A stretch of 37,712 bases of DNA from NCBI GenBank assembly GCA_025728375.1, contig JAOBJS010000001.1, positions 1 through 37,712 of the forward strand, in the 5' to 3' direction. Below are positions 1 to 8,428 of the stretch, piece by piece. Within the stretch, counting starts at the first letter, position 1; each line of letters opens with the position of its first letter. The DNA is from Candidatus Lightella neohaematopini. GTDB lineage: Bacteria; Pseudomonadota; Gammaproteobacteria; Enterobacterales; Enterobacteriaceae. The notes beneath the pieces are model-generated. The model saw nothing but the letters and a program-made list of their open reading frames with translations. It was not told where the DNA came from and made no database searches. A program made the translations under genes and the position numbers.

Positions 1-950
1 CGTCTTGCTGATACAAAACCCAATGTACCATGTACCATTAATGTAGCATATTTTGCAAGTATATACTTTGCTAATGGTACATTATTAACTTTTATATTTC
101 TTCTTTCCAAGAAAAGAATAGTTTTTAAGTTAATTAAAGTAAATAATTTTAAATACTTGTATATATGAGTATCGTTAATGTTAATTAAAAATTGATAAAA
201 TTTATATGGACTAGTTTTTTTTGGATCTAACCAAATTACCCCACAACCAGTTTTACTATATTTAGTACCATCTGATTTTAATATTAATGGTAAAGTAAAA
301 CCAGTAACTAATTTGTGATAAATATTTTTTATTAAATTAACACCAGAAATAATATTATTCCATTGATCAGAACCACCAATTTGTAACACTACATTATAAT
401 GTTTATTTAAATAAAGAAAATCATATCCTTGTAATAGAGTATAAGAAAATTCAGTAAAAGTAATACCAAAATCATTATTTAATCTTAATTTAATAAAATA
501 TTTACTTATCATATTTTTTATAGAAAAATACTTTCCTATAAATTTTAAAAATTTAATTAAGTTAATTTTTTTAAACCAACTAAAATTATTCAAAATAATA
601 ATACTATTATTACAATTAGAACTTAAAAATTTAGATATTTGTAATTTAAGTTTTTTTATATAATATTTAATTTTTTCTAAATTTTGCAACTTACGTTTTT
701 GAGATTTAAAACTAGGATCACCAATTAAACTAGTAGCTCCACCAATTACAATAATAACTTTGTGACCTGCTAATTGAAAATACTTTAAACAAACTAATAA
801 AGCTAAATGACCTAAATGCAAACTATCTGATGTTGGATCAAAACCACAATATAAAGAAATAAATCCATGTTTTATTTTTTCTTGTAGAACATTATCATTA
901 ATAATATGTTTTACAATACCTCTATTTTTTAATTCTTGAATTATATCCAT
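1..950 (-). CDS. tyrS: Tyrosine--tRNA ligase. 5' about three quarters of the gene; the 3' end runs off the left edge of the window.
   Basis: Absent from the ORF track because there is no stop in the window. My translation from ATG (950-948) reads MDIIQELKNRGIVKHI...LYCGFDPTSDSLHLGHLALLVCLKYFQLAGHKVIIVIGGATSLIGDPSFKSQKRKL. It includes ...LILKSDGTKYSKTGCG (KMSKS-class motif) and ...LAKYATLMVHGTLGFVSAR ending at position 3. It stays in frame throughout and is collinear with E. coli TyrS residues 1 to about 317. Confidence 0.93.
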   Translation of the reverse strand, partial: MDIIQELKNRGIVKHIINDNVLQEKIKHGFISLYCGFDPTSDSLHLGHLALLVCLKYFQLAGHKVIIVIGGATSLIGDPSFKSQKRKLQNLEKIKYYIKKLKLQISKFLSSNCNNSIIILNNFSWFKKINLIKFLKFIGKYFSIKNMISKYFIKLRLNNDFGITFTEFSYTLLQGYDFLYLNKHYNVVLQIGGSDQWNNIISGVNLIKNIYHKLVTGFTLPLILKSDGTKYSKTGCGVIWLDPKKTSPYKFYQFLININDTHIYKYLKLFTLINLKTILFLERRNIKVNNVPLAKYILAKYATLMVHGTLGFVSAR

Positions 951-1483
951 ATTACTTGACCTATATTAAATAGGTAGTTTATTTAATTATAATATTTTTA
1001 TTTATTTTGTGATAGATAACTTTATAGATATTAATTTATATTTATTAAAATAAAATATCTACCTATATTATAAGATAAAATTAATAATACTTTACTACTA
1101 TTAAATTCTTAAATTAGATTTATTGATTAACACTTAATCAAGTTTAAATAATATCACCTTATTAAATTAATATATCTAACTAATTATTATATATTAATTA
1201 ATTGTTATTTGAAATAATTAACTTTATATGATCAATTATTTATTATAATTTATTTACTTATAAGAATAATATAATAAAAAATAAATTTTTACATAATTAT
1301 TTTTTTGACTAAATTATATATTTTATTATTTCAATTGATAATGGCTATTATTTTATTTTTCCTAAAAATAAAATAATATAATTAATGCTATTAATTATAA
1401 AATATAAATTTATAATATAAATTACTTATTAATTTGATTAATTAATTTTAATAAGTTAATAAATAATTAGTTAAAATTATTAT

Positions 1484-1813
1484 TTATTTATTATACTTAT
1501 TAAAAACTTGTTTTATTAAAATTTCTAATTTACCATTATGATACATATCAGTTATAATATCACATCCCCCGATTAAATTTTTATCTAACCATAATTGAGG
1601 AAATGTTGGCCAATTACTATACATAGGTAATATACGTCGAATATCATCATGTTCTAATACATTAATATATGCAAATCTTTTACCACATGCAAATAATATC
1701 TTTACAGCTTGCATAGAAAAACCACAACTAGGTCTTTCTGGTGTACCTTTCATATATAAAATTATCGGATTATTATTAATTTGTTTTTTAATTTTTATAA
1801 TTACAGAATCCAT
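1484..1813 (-). CDS. grxD: Monothiol glutaredoxin (Grx4 family)
   Basis: 109-aa ORF with the CGFS active site (RPSCGFSMQA) and Grx4-like sequence throughout. AAGGA Shine-Dalgarno upstream of the ATG. Confidence 0.9.
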   Translation of the reverse strand: MDSVIIKIKKQINNNPIILYMKGTPERPSCGFSMQAVKILFACGKRFAYINVLEHDDIRRILPMYSNWPTFPQLWLDKNLIGGCDIITDMYHNGKLEILIKQVFNKYNK

Positions 1814-1842
1814 TATATTTCCTTAAATATTGATTTTATAAA

Positions 1843-2457
1843 TTAGTTACTGAGTTTACTTTGCATAAATTTTTCTACAGTAGATATTATAGTTTTAGTT
1901 TGATAATCAATTTCAATATTAACAAAATCAAATAATTTTCTATTTTTTAGATTAGTACATCTTAATGTTTCTGGAATCAAATGAACACAAAAATTGTTAT
2001 TAATTACTCTACCTACAGTTAAACTAATACCATCTATACTAATAAATCCTTTAGGCAATATAAATTTAATTAACTCATTTTTTACATTAAACCAAATAAT
2101 CTTATTATTATCTAAGCTAATAATATTAACAATTTTACCTAATCCATGAATATGACCAGAAACTAGATGACCACCAATTTCTTTGGTAAGATTCATAGAT
2201 CTTTCTACATTTACTATATCACCTATCTTTAAAAATTTTAAATTAGTACAATATAAAGTTTCTTTTATTATATCAAAACTAATTATATTTTTGTTAATAA
2301 TAGTAACTGTTAAACAACATCCATTTATAGAAATTGATGCGCCAATAATTAAATTATTTAATAAGTTTTTAGTTAATTTTATTGATAAAGTTAAAAAATT
2401 ATCTTTCTTATTAATACATATTACAGGTGTAGACAATTGTACTATTCCAGTAAACAT
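1843..2457 (-). CDS. ribE: Riboflavin synthase alpha chain (E. coli ribC, also called ribE)
   Basis: 204 aa with an MFTGIV N-terminus and the two internal lumazine-binding repeats typical of riboflavin synthase. Confidence 0.9.
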   Translation of the reverse strand: MFTGIVQLSTPVICINKKDNFLTLSIKLTKNLLNNLIIGASISINGCCLTVTIINKNIISFDIIKETLYCTNLKFLKIGDIVNVERSMNLTKEIGGHLVSGHIHGLGKIVNIISLDNNKIIWFNVKNELIKFILPKGFISIDGISLTVGRVINNNFCVHLIPETLRCTNLKNRKLFDFVNIEIDYQTKTIISTVEKFMQSKLSN

Positions 2458-2607
2458 ATATTTTATTCCTTTTTATATAATGTTAAAATAATAATTTTAA
2501 TATTATATATTTTAATATTAAATAATTATAATTACTAGATTTAAATAAAAACTAGTGATACTATAGTTATATAATTAAATTTTAGTAGATTTTTAATTGT
2601 AATTAAT

Positions 2608-2682
2608 ACGTCCGTAGCTCAGTATGGTAAGAGTGTCACTATGACATAGTGATGGTCGGTGGTTCGAATCCACTCGGACGTA
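2608..2682 (+). tRNA. tRNA-Val (anticodon GAC), no encoded CCA
   Basis: Hand-folded cloverleaf. Acceptor ACGTCCG/CGGACGT, D arm GCTC..GAGT, anticodon stem TCACT/AGTGA with loop ATGACAT, T arm GGTGG-TTCGAAT-CCACT, discriminator A. The body closely matches E. coli tRNA-Val(GAC), except for a compensated G1:C72 to A1:T72 change. Confidence 0.9.
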
Positions 2683-2833
2683 TTTAAGTAAAAAAATTAG
2701 TTATTATCTATATAGATATAATTTTTTCAAATATAATTATAAATAATTATTGATAATAAAATATAAATTTAATAGATTATAAAAATAATTTGATTTTACT
2801 ATGTTATTTAGTTATTACATAAGGAAGGTAATT

Positions 2834-3070
2834 ATGAATTATATTAAATTAATCCAAACTATTTTAGTTGTTGGTTGTTTTTCTTTAGTTGGTTGTTCTA
2901 ATAAGAATAAAATTAATCAAATATCTTCAGAGGTTAAAACATTAGATACAAAGTTTAATAAAATTAGTAATGATGTGGATAATATGCATTCTGACATACA
3001 AAATGCTAAAAATAATGCGGTTAGAGCTAATCAAAGATTAGATAATCAGATCACTAACTATCGTAAGTAA
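2834..3070 (+). CDS. lpp: Major outer-membrane (Braun) murein lipoprotein Lpp
   Basis: The track ORF starts at 2801, but AAGGAAGG lies 5 nt before the ATG at 2834. The product MNYIKLIQTILVVGCFSLVGC|SNKNKINQISSEVKTLDTKFNKISNDVDNMHSDIQNAKNNAVRANQRLDNQITNYRK has a lipobox (LVGC), the Lpp heptad repeats, and the C-terminal YRK with the peptidoglycan-linking Lys. Confidence 0.95.
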   Translation: MNYIKLIQTILVVGCFSLVGCSNKNKINQISSEVKTLDTKFNKISNDVDNMHSDIQNAKNNAVRANQRLDNQITNYRK

Positions 3071-3084
3071 AACTTTGTTATGTT

Positions 3085-3119
3085 GTAGAATAACGTTTAG
3101 CTAATATACGTTATTCTAC
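3085..3119. terminator. Perfect 12-bp stem hairpin between convergent lpp and sufE
   Basis: GTAGAATAACGT (3085-3096), an 11-nt loop, then ACGTTATTCTAC (3108-3119), an exact reverse complement. It contains more G/C than its surroundings. No clear U-tract on either strand, so its role as a terminator is inferred from position. Confidence 0.5.
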
Positions 3120-3168
3120 TAAATGATGTATGTATTTACATTTATAATACACAATATATTTCTTAAGA

Positions 3169-3576
3169 TTAAATAATTAAGTGTTGTTTTGCTTGGTCTC
3201 TTATATTTTTAATTATTGATCGCAAACCATGATTTCTAGATATAGTCAAATATTTATTTAAATTCAAATTATTTAATAATGGATATACATTAAAATTAAT
3301 TAATTCTGTTAAGCTTAAGTCTTTGTATAAAATAAAGACTACGGCAATTAATCCTTTTACTATTAAAGCATCGCTATGTCCTTGTAAATTAACTTTATTA
3401 TTGTAGTTATTTAAAACTATCCAAACTTGACTTTGACAATCAGAAATTAAGTATTTAGATATTTTATATTTATTAGGAAATAATGGTAATTTTTGTCCTA
3501 ATTCAATTAGATATAAATATTTTTCTTCCCAAGAAAAACAGTTATTAAAATTATATATTAATTGTTTTTGGTTCAT
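3169..3576 (-). CDS. sufE: Cysteine desulfuration protein SufE (sulfur acceptor)
   Basis: 135 aa. The conserved persulfide-acceptor Cys context (SDCQSQVWI) is as in E. coli SufE. It is the last gene of the suf cluster. Confidence 0.9.
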   Translation of the reverse strand: MNQKQLIYNFNNCFSWEEKYLYLIELGQKLPLFPNKYKISKYLISDCQSQVWIVLNNYNNKVNLQGHSDALIVKGLIAVVFILYKDLSLTELINFNVYPLLNNLNLNKYLTISRNHGLRSIIKNIRDQAKQHLII

Positions 3577-3591
3577 TATTATTTACTTAAT

Positions 3592-4824
3592 TTAAGTAAT
3601 TAATATTTTATTAATCTTTGTTAAGATATCTACTAATTTATCTATTTCAAAATAATCATTATACATAGCTAACGATATTCTACACATACTATTAACTTTA
3701 AAATAATTCATAATTGGCAATGCACATTGATGACCAGTGCGAATAGCAATACCATAAATATCTAATAAACTACCTATATCATAAGCGTGATGTGTTCCTA
3801 AATTAAAAGAAATTACACTAATTCTATTATACGTAATAGATCCATAAATTTTTATATTAGGAATATTATTTAAAACATCAAAAGCATATTTAGTTAACAA
3901 CTGTTCATGTAATGCAATTTGTTGTAATCCAATATCTTTTATATAATCAATAGCAGCACCTAATCCTATAATACCAGCAGTATTGGGTGAACCAGCTTCA
4001 AATTTCCATGGTGCTTGATTAAAGGTAGTTTCTTCTGTTAAACTAACATTTTTAATCATAGCACCACCAGTCTCCCAAGGAGACATACTATCAAGTAAAT
4101 ATTTTTTACCATATAATATTCCAATACCAGTTGGACCATACATTTTATGACCTGAAAATACATAAAAATCACAATTTAATAACTGTACATCAACTTTTTG
4201 ATGCATAATACATTGTGCTCCATCAACTAGTACTAAACTATTGCTAATATTTTTTACTTGATTAATAATATCTTTTATTGGATTAATAATACCTAATACA
4301 TTTGATACTGCAGTAATAGCAAATAAACGAGTATTATTATTTATTAATGATGATAACTGTGATAAATCTAAAGTACCATTCGGTAGTAATGGTATATATT
4401 TAAGAAATAATTTTTTTTCTTTTGCTAGTATTTGCCAAGGTACAATATTAGCATGATGTTCCATTTCTGTAATAACAATACTATCCCCAGGATACAAAAA
4501 TTTTCTACCCCAACTATAAGCAACTAAATTAATACTCTCAGTTGTACCCTTAGTAAATATAATTTCTTCAGTTTGTTTAGCATTGATAAAATTAGCTATC
4601 TTACAACGTACTTGCTCTACTTTATTAGTTGCTTCACGACTTAATGTATGAATACCTCTATGAACTGCTGCATATTCATATTTATAATAATCCATTTCAC
4701 GTTCTATTACATAATTAGGTTTTAATGAGCTTGCTGCATTATCAAAGTATACTAACTGATTATTATTTATTTTTTTATTTAAAATAGGAAAATCTAATCT
4801 GATTTTTGATATGGGATATATCAT
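3592..4824 (-). CDS. sufS: Cysteine desulfurase SufS (group II, PLP-dependent)
   Basis: 410 aa. PLP-Lys motif SGHKMYGPTGIG and catalytic Cys motif RTGHQCALP, with synteny between sufD and sufE. Confidence 0.95.
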   Translation of the reverse strand: MIYPISKIRLDFPILNKKINNNQLVYFDNAASSLKPNYVIEREMDYYKYEYAAVHRGIHTLSREATNKVEQVRCKIANFINAKQTEEIIFTKGTTESINLVAYSWGRKFLYPGDSIVITEMEHHANIVPWQILAKEKKLFLKYIPLLPNGTLDLSQLSSLINNNTRLFAITAVSNVLGIINPIKDIINQVKNISNSLVLVDGAQCIMHQKVDVQLLNCDFYVFSGHKMYGPTGIGILYGKKYLLDSMSPWETGGAMIKNVSLTEETTFNQAPWKFEAGSPNTAGIIGLGAAIDYIKDIGLQQIALHEQLLTKYAFDVLNNIPNIKIYGSITYNRISVISFNLGTHHAYDIGSLLDIYGIAIRTGHQCALPIMNYFKVNSMCRISLAMYNDYFEIDKLVDILTKINKILIT

Positions 4825-4830
4825 AATTAA

Positions 4831-6087
4831 TTAAATTAAATTTTTAAAAATGTTAAGTATTATTCTATGTAATTCATAATGATTAATTTTATTAATTACT
4901 TCTTGCAAAAAAGCATCAATAATTATTTTCCTAGCATCAACATAACTAATTCCCCTTGAGCACAAATAAAAAATTTGATCACAATTGATATTACTAATAA
5001 TTACTCCATGAGTACAATGAACTTTACGATTATATATTTCTATTTGTGGTTTTGTATTAAATTGTGAAGTATTATCTAATAATAATCCTTGGCTAAATAT
5101 GTTACTATTAATTTTTGAAGCTAATCCCGCTATTTTTATCATCCCATTAAGTAAATATTTACTATTATTACTGACAATAGCTTTATGTAACTGACTACTA
5201 GTACAGTTACTAGCAACATGGTGTATATAAGTATTAATTATATTATTGTTATTATTTGATAATACAGACAAACTATTAGCACATATCAGTGCATTAACTC
5301 CGTTTGATTCAATATGCATTTCATCTTTATGAATTTTATTTCCTACAACAAATATATTACTATTTAATTTAGCATGATTATTAATAGTAATATATTTATA
5401 ATTAAAATGATAACTATAACAATTTTCTAATGATAATTTAGTATAGTTAAGTATAGCATAATTATGAATAAATATAAATGTATTAATATTACTAATACAA
5501 GAATAATATTTATTATTATTAGTAAAATATTCTATAATGTGCGCTTTTGTATTTTTTAAAATATTAATACAATAACGATTTTGTGATATATTGACTGTAC
5601 TTTTAGATATACCATCATTAATATGTAGTAAGTATATTGGTTTTTCATCAATATCTTTATCTATATCAATAATATACGTTTTATAACAGAAACTCTCTGT
5701 TAAATGATAAAATATATCAGAATTTTTATTAAAATTTATATTGTTATCATTATATTTAAGTTTAATGCTAATATTTTTATTATAATTACTTAACTCAGAA
5801 TAAAAATTACCATTAACAAAAACTAATATATGAACATTTGAAATAATACTAGATACATTAAAATTGTTAAAATGTTTGTTACTTTGCAGTACAAACTTAC
5901 TTTTTAATAATTTATTATAACTCATATCATCATAATACTTATTAAAAATACTTGGCATTGACCATAACATTTTAATATATTTCCAGTGTTTATAAAATTT
6001 TATTGAACTATAAGTTTTTTCTTTACTAAATAATTTATACCATTGAGGTAATAAATTACTAGTATTACTGTTTAGTAAACCAGTCAT
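4831..6087 (-). CDS. sufD: Fe-S cluster assembly protein SufD
   Basis: 418 aa. Collinear with E. coli SufD (MTGLLNS..LPQWYKLF N-terminus, ...TKPQIEIYNRKVHCTHGVIISNINCDQIFYLCSRGI C-terminal region). Overlaps the sufC 3' end by 23 nt. Confidence 0.9.
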   Translation of the reverse strand: MTGLLNSNTSNLLPQWYKLFSKEKTYSSIKFYKHWKYIKMLWSMPSIFNKYYDDMSYNKLLKSKFVLQSNKHFNNFNVSSIISNVHILVFVNGNFYSELSNYNKNISIKLKYNDNNINFNKNSDIFYHLTESFCYKTYIIDIDKDIDEKPIYLLHINDGISKSTVNISQNRYCINILKNTKAHIIEYFTNNNKYYSCISNINTFIFIHNYAILNYTKLSLENCYSYHFNYKYITINNHAKLNSNIFVVGNKIHKDEMHIESNGVNALICANSLSVLSNNNNNIINTYIHHVASNCTSSQLHKAIVSNNSKYLLNGMIKIAGLASKINSNIFSQGLLLDNTSQFNTKPQIEIYNRKVHCTHGVIISNINCDQIFYLCSRGISYVDARKIIIDAFLQEVINKINHYELHRIILNIFKNLI

Positions 6088-6808
6088 AGCCGTATTCCTC
6101 TAATTTTTCTACTAAAAATTTATTACCAGATTTGATAATACAACCATTGTATAGTATATGTACTTTATCCGGTTCAATATATTTTAAAATTCTTTGATAA
6201 TGAGTAATAATTATAAATGATCTATTTTTATTTCGTATACTATTTAAAGTAGTAGCTACTAATTTTAGTGAATCAATATCTAAACCTGAGTCTATTTCAT
6301 CTAGTATACATAATTTTGGTTCTAATAATAATAGTTGTAAAACTTCACTTAATTTTCTTTCTCCACCAGATAAACCCACATTAACAAATTTATGTAATAA
6401 ATCATCAGACATATTTAATAATTTAATTTTACTTGTTATTAATGGTATTAAGCGTTCATTATTTAATGCTGATAAATTATTACCTTTTCTTATATTATTA
6501 ATTGCTACTTTAAGAAAAGTAAAATTATTCACACCTGGAATATCTATTGGGTATTGAAAAGCAACAAATATTCCGTATTTTGCTCTTTCATCAGGATTAA
6601 GATTTAATAAATTATTGTTATTAAATATTATTTTACCATTAATAATATTATATTTTTTACTTCCTGCTATAACAGCAGACAGAGTACTTTTTCCTGATCC
6701 GTTAGGACCCATAATAACATGTACTTCACCGCAATTAACTATAAGATTTAATTTTTTTATAATAATATTATTGTTTACGCCAACATCTAAATTTTCTATA
6801 ATTAACAT
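6065..6808 (-). CDS. sufC: Fe-S cluster assembly ATPase SufC
   Basis: 247 aa. Walker A GPNGSGKST, ABC signature LSGGERK, Walker B CILDEIDSGLD, H-loop ITHY. Confidence 0.95.
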   Translation of the reverse strand: MLIIENLDVGVNNNIIIKKLNLIVNCGEVHVIMGPNGSGKSTLSAVIAGSKKYNIINGKIIFNNNNLLNLNPDERAKYGIFVAFQYPIDIPGVNNFTFLKVAINNIRKGNNLSALNNERLIPLITSKIKLLNMSDDLLHKFVNVGLSGGERKLSEVLQLLLLEPKLCILDEIDSGLDIDSLKLVATTLNSIRNKNRSFIIITHYQRILKYIEPDKVHILYNGCIIKSGNKFLVEKLEEYGYDWFTKQ

Positions 6809-6843
6809 ATAACCTCAATCGAAATGAACTAAAATAATTTATA

Positions 6844-8301
6844 TTATCCTAAACCTTCATCTAAATTTATAGTAAGTAATTTTTTTGCTTCCATTGCAAA
6901 TTCTAATGGTAATTTAGTAAATATATCTTGACAGAATCCACTAATTATCATAGAAATAGCATTATCATTATCTATTCCTCTTTGATTAAGATAAAATAAT
7001 TGGTTTTCACCTACTGATGAGGTTAAAGCTTCATGTTCTACTTGTGAAGTATTATTATATACTTGAATATCTGGTAAAGTATAGGTACCACATTTATTAC
7101 CAATCATAATAGAATGACATTGTGTATAATTACGTGAATAACTAGCATTAGAATCTATTTTTACTAATCCACGATATGTATTTTTACTACGACCAGCTGA
7201 AATACTTTTAGAAATTATAGTAGAGTTAGTGTTTTTACCTAAATGAATCATCTTTGTTCCAGTATCAGCACATTGATGCATATTAGTAAGTGCAATAGAA
7301 TAAAACTCACCCGTAGCATTATTACCTTTAAGAATAATACTTGGATATTTCCAAGTTATTGCTGAACCAGTTTCTGATTGAATCCAAGACATTTTTGAAT
7401 TATTACCTATACATAATGCACGTTTAGTTACAAAATTTAATATTCCACTTACATGATCAACACCTGCGAACCAGTTCTGGATAGTGGAATATTTTACTGT
7501 AGCATTATCTAATATAATTATTTCTACCACTGCTGCGTGTAATTGATAATTTTTTCTTATTGGAGCTGAACACCCTTCAATATAACTAACGTAACTATCT
7601 TGATCTGCTATAATAATAGTTCGTTCAAATTGTCCAGTATTTATAGAATTAATACGAAAATATGTAGATAATTCTATTGGACATTTTACTCCTTTGGGAA
7701 TATAAACAAATGTACCATCTGATAGTACTGCAGAATTCAGAGCTGAAAAAAAATTATCATTTATAGGAACAACACTACCCAAATACTTACGAACTAATTC
7801 TGGATAATTATTTATTGCAAAACTTAAAGAACAAAAAATAATACCATAACTTAATAATTCTTTTTGATAAGTAGTAGATACTGAAACAGAATCAAATACT
7901 GCGTCAATTGCAATATTATTAATTTCTTCAGTAGGAATTCCCAACCTATTAAATGTCTGTTTTACTTCATTAGTAAGATAATAATTATTTGTTTTTTTGT
8001 TATTTACTGTATTATCTTTATATTTTGGTGCAGAATAATAACTATAGCTATTATAATCAATATCAGGATAATAAGCATTTAACCAATGTGGTTCTTTCAT
8101 ACTCATCCATGTATAATAAGCTCTAAGACGGAATTCCAACATCCAGTTTGGTTCACATTTTTTTCTCGAAATATTACGTATTACTTGTTCATTTAATCCA
8201 TTTTCTAATTCATCACTAATTAATTTAGTATAGAATCCTTCTTTATATTCTATATTTTTTTTTACTAGATTAATTATATCTTTTTCATTTTTATTTATCA
8301 T
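6844..8301 (-). CDS. sufB: Fe-S cluster scaffold protein SufB
   Basis: 485 aa. Long conserved blocks such as FERTIIIADQDSYVSYIEGCSAP, SKMSWIQSETGSAITWKYPS and QVEHEALTS..GENQLFYLNQRGI. It is the first gene of the cluster; no sufA lies upstream. Confidence 0.95.
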   Translation of the reverse strand: MINKNEKDIINLVKKNIEYKEGFYTKLISDELENGLNEQVIRNISRKKCEPNWMLEFRLRAYYTWMSMKEPHWLNAYYPDIDYNSYSYYSAPKYKDNTVNNKKTNNYYLTNEVKQTFNRLGIPTEEINNIAIDAVFDSVSVSTTYQKELLSYGIIFCSLSFAINNYPELVRKYLGSVVPINDNFFSALNSAVLSDGTFVYIPKGVKCPIELSTYFRINSINTGQFERTIIIADQDSYVSYIEGCSAPIRKNYQLHAAVVEIIILDNATVKYSTIQNWFAGVDHVSGILNFVTKRALCIGNNSKMSWIQSETGSAITWKYPSIILKGNNATGEFYSIALTNMHQCADTGTKMIHLGKNTNSTIISKSISAGRSKNTYRGLVKIDSNASYSRNYTQCHSIMIGNKCGTYTLPDIQVYNNTSQVEHEALTSSVGENQLFYLNQRGIDNDNAISMIISGFCQDIFTKLPLEFAMEAKKLLTINLDEGLG

Positions 8302-8428
8302 TATATATACTTGTTAATATTAATAAGTGATTATCTAAAATATTAGAAATATTTTATTTATTAAACTTTACTAAAATATTTAAAAATAATTAATATTGTA
8401 AAAATATCTTTAATAAAAAACTTACTTA

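Noticed and set aside
1377-1399. Perfect 10-bp A/T-only hairpin (TATAATTAAT-GCT-ATTAATTATA). Similar small palindromes occur at 1123-1141, 2705-2718, 20060-20078 and 27586-27597.
   Set aside because: In DNA that is effectively a two-letter alphabet, perfect 8-10 bp inverted repeats are expected by chance many times per window. The stems are thermodynamically weak and not consistently placed relative to gene ends. I cannot compute significance here, so I treat them as noise.
951-1483. Long spacer considered as a hidden structured RNA gene (rnpB, ssrA, ssrS, ffs)
   Set aside because: It has none of the conserved G/C-containing cores of these RNAs (for example a tRNA-like tmRNA end or the RNase P conserved helices). 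The composition is too A/T-pure to form a stable structure.
2183-2491. 102-aa plus-strand ORF in the track
   Set aside because: It lies entirely antisense to ribE, has an Ile/Leu/Phe-rich low-complexity translation typical of shadow frames in AT-rich DNA, and has no homology I recognise or any Shine-Dalgarno.
2750-2833. Sigma-70-like -35/-10 hexamer pairs upstream of lpp, and similar ones upstream of the tRNA genes and degQ
   Set aside because: Multiple overlapping TTGAxx/TAxxAT combinations fit equally well, so promoter calls from sequence alone are not discriminating at this A+T content.
6615-6812. 65-aa plus-strand ORF
   Set aside because: It is an antisense shadow of the sufC 5' region (Walker A segment) with no independent support.
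8322-8335. AATAAGTGATTATC upstream of sufB, resembling part of a Fur box (GATAATGATAATCATTATC)
   Set aside because: It is only a partial match with an insertion, such matches are trivially frequent in AT-rich DNA, and I do not know whether fur is present in this genome.
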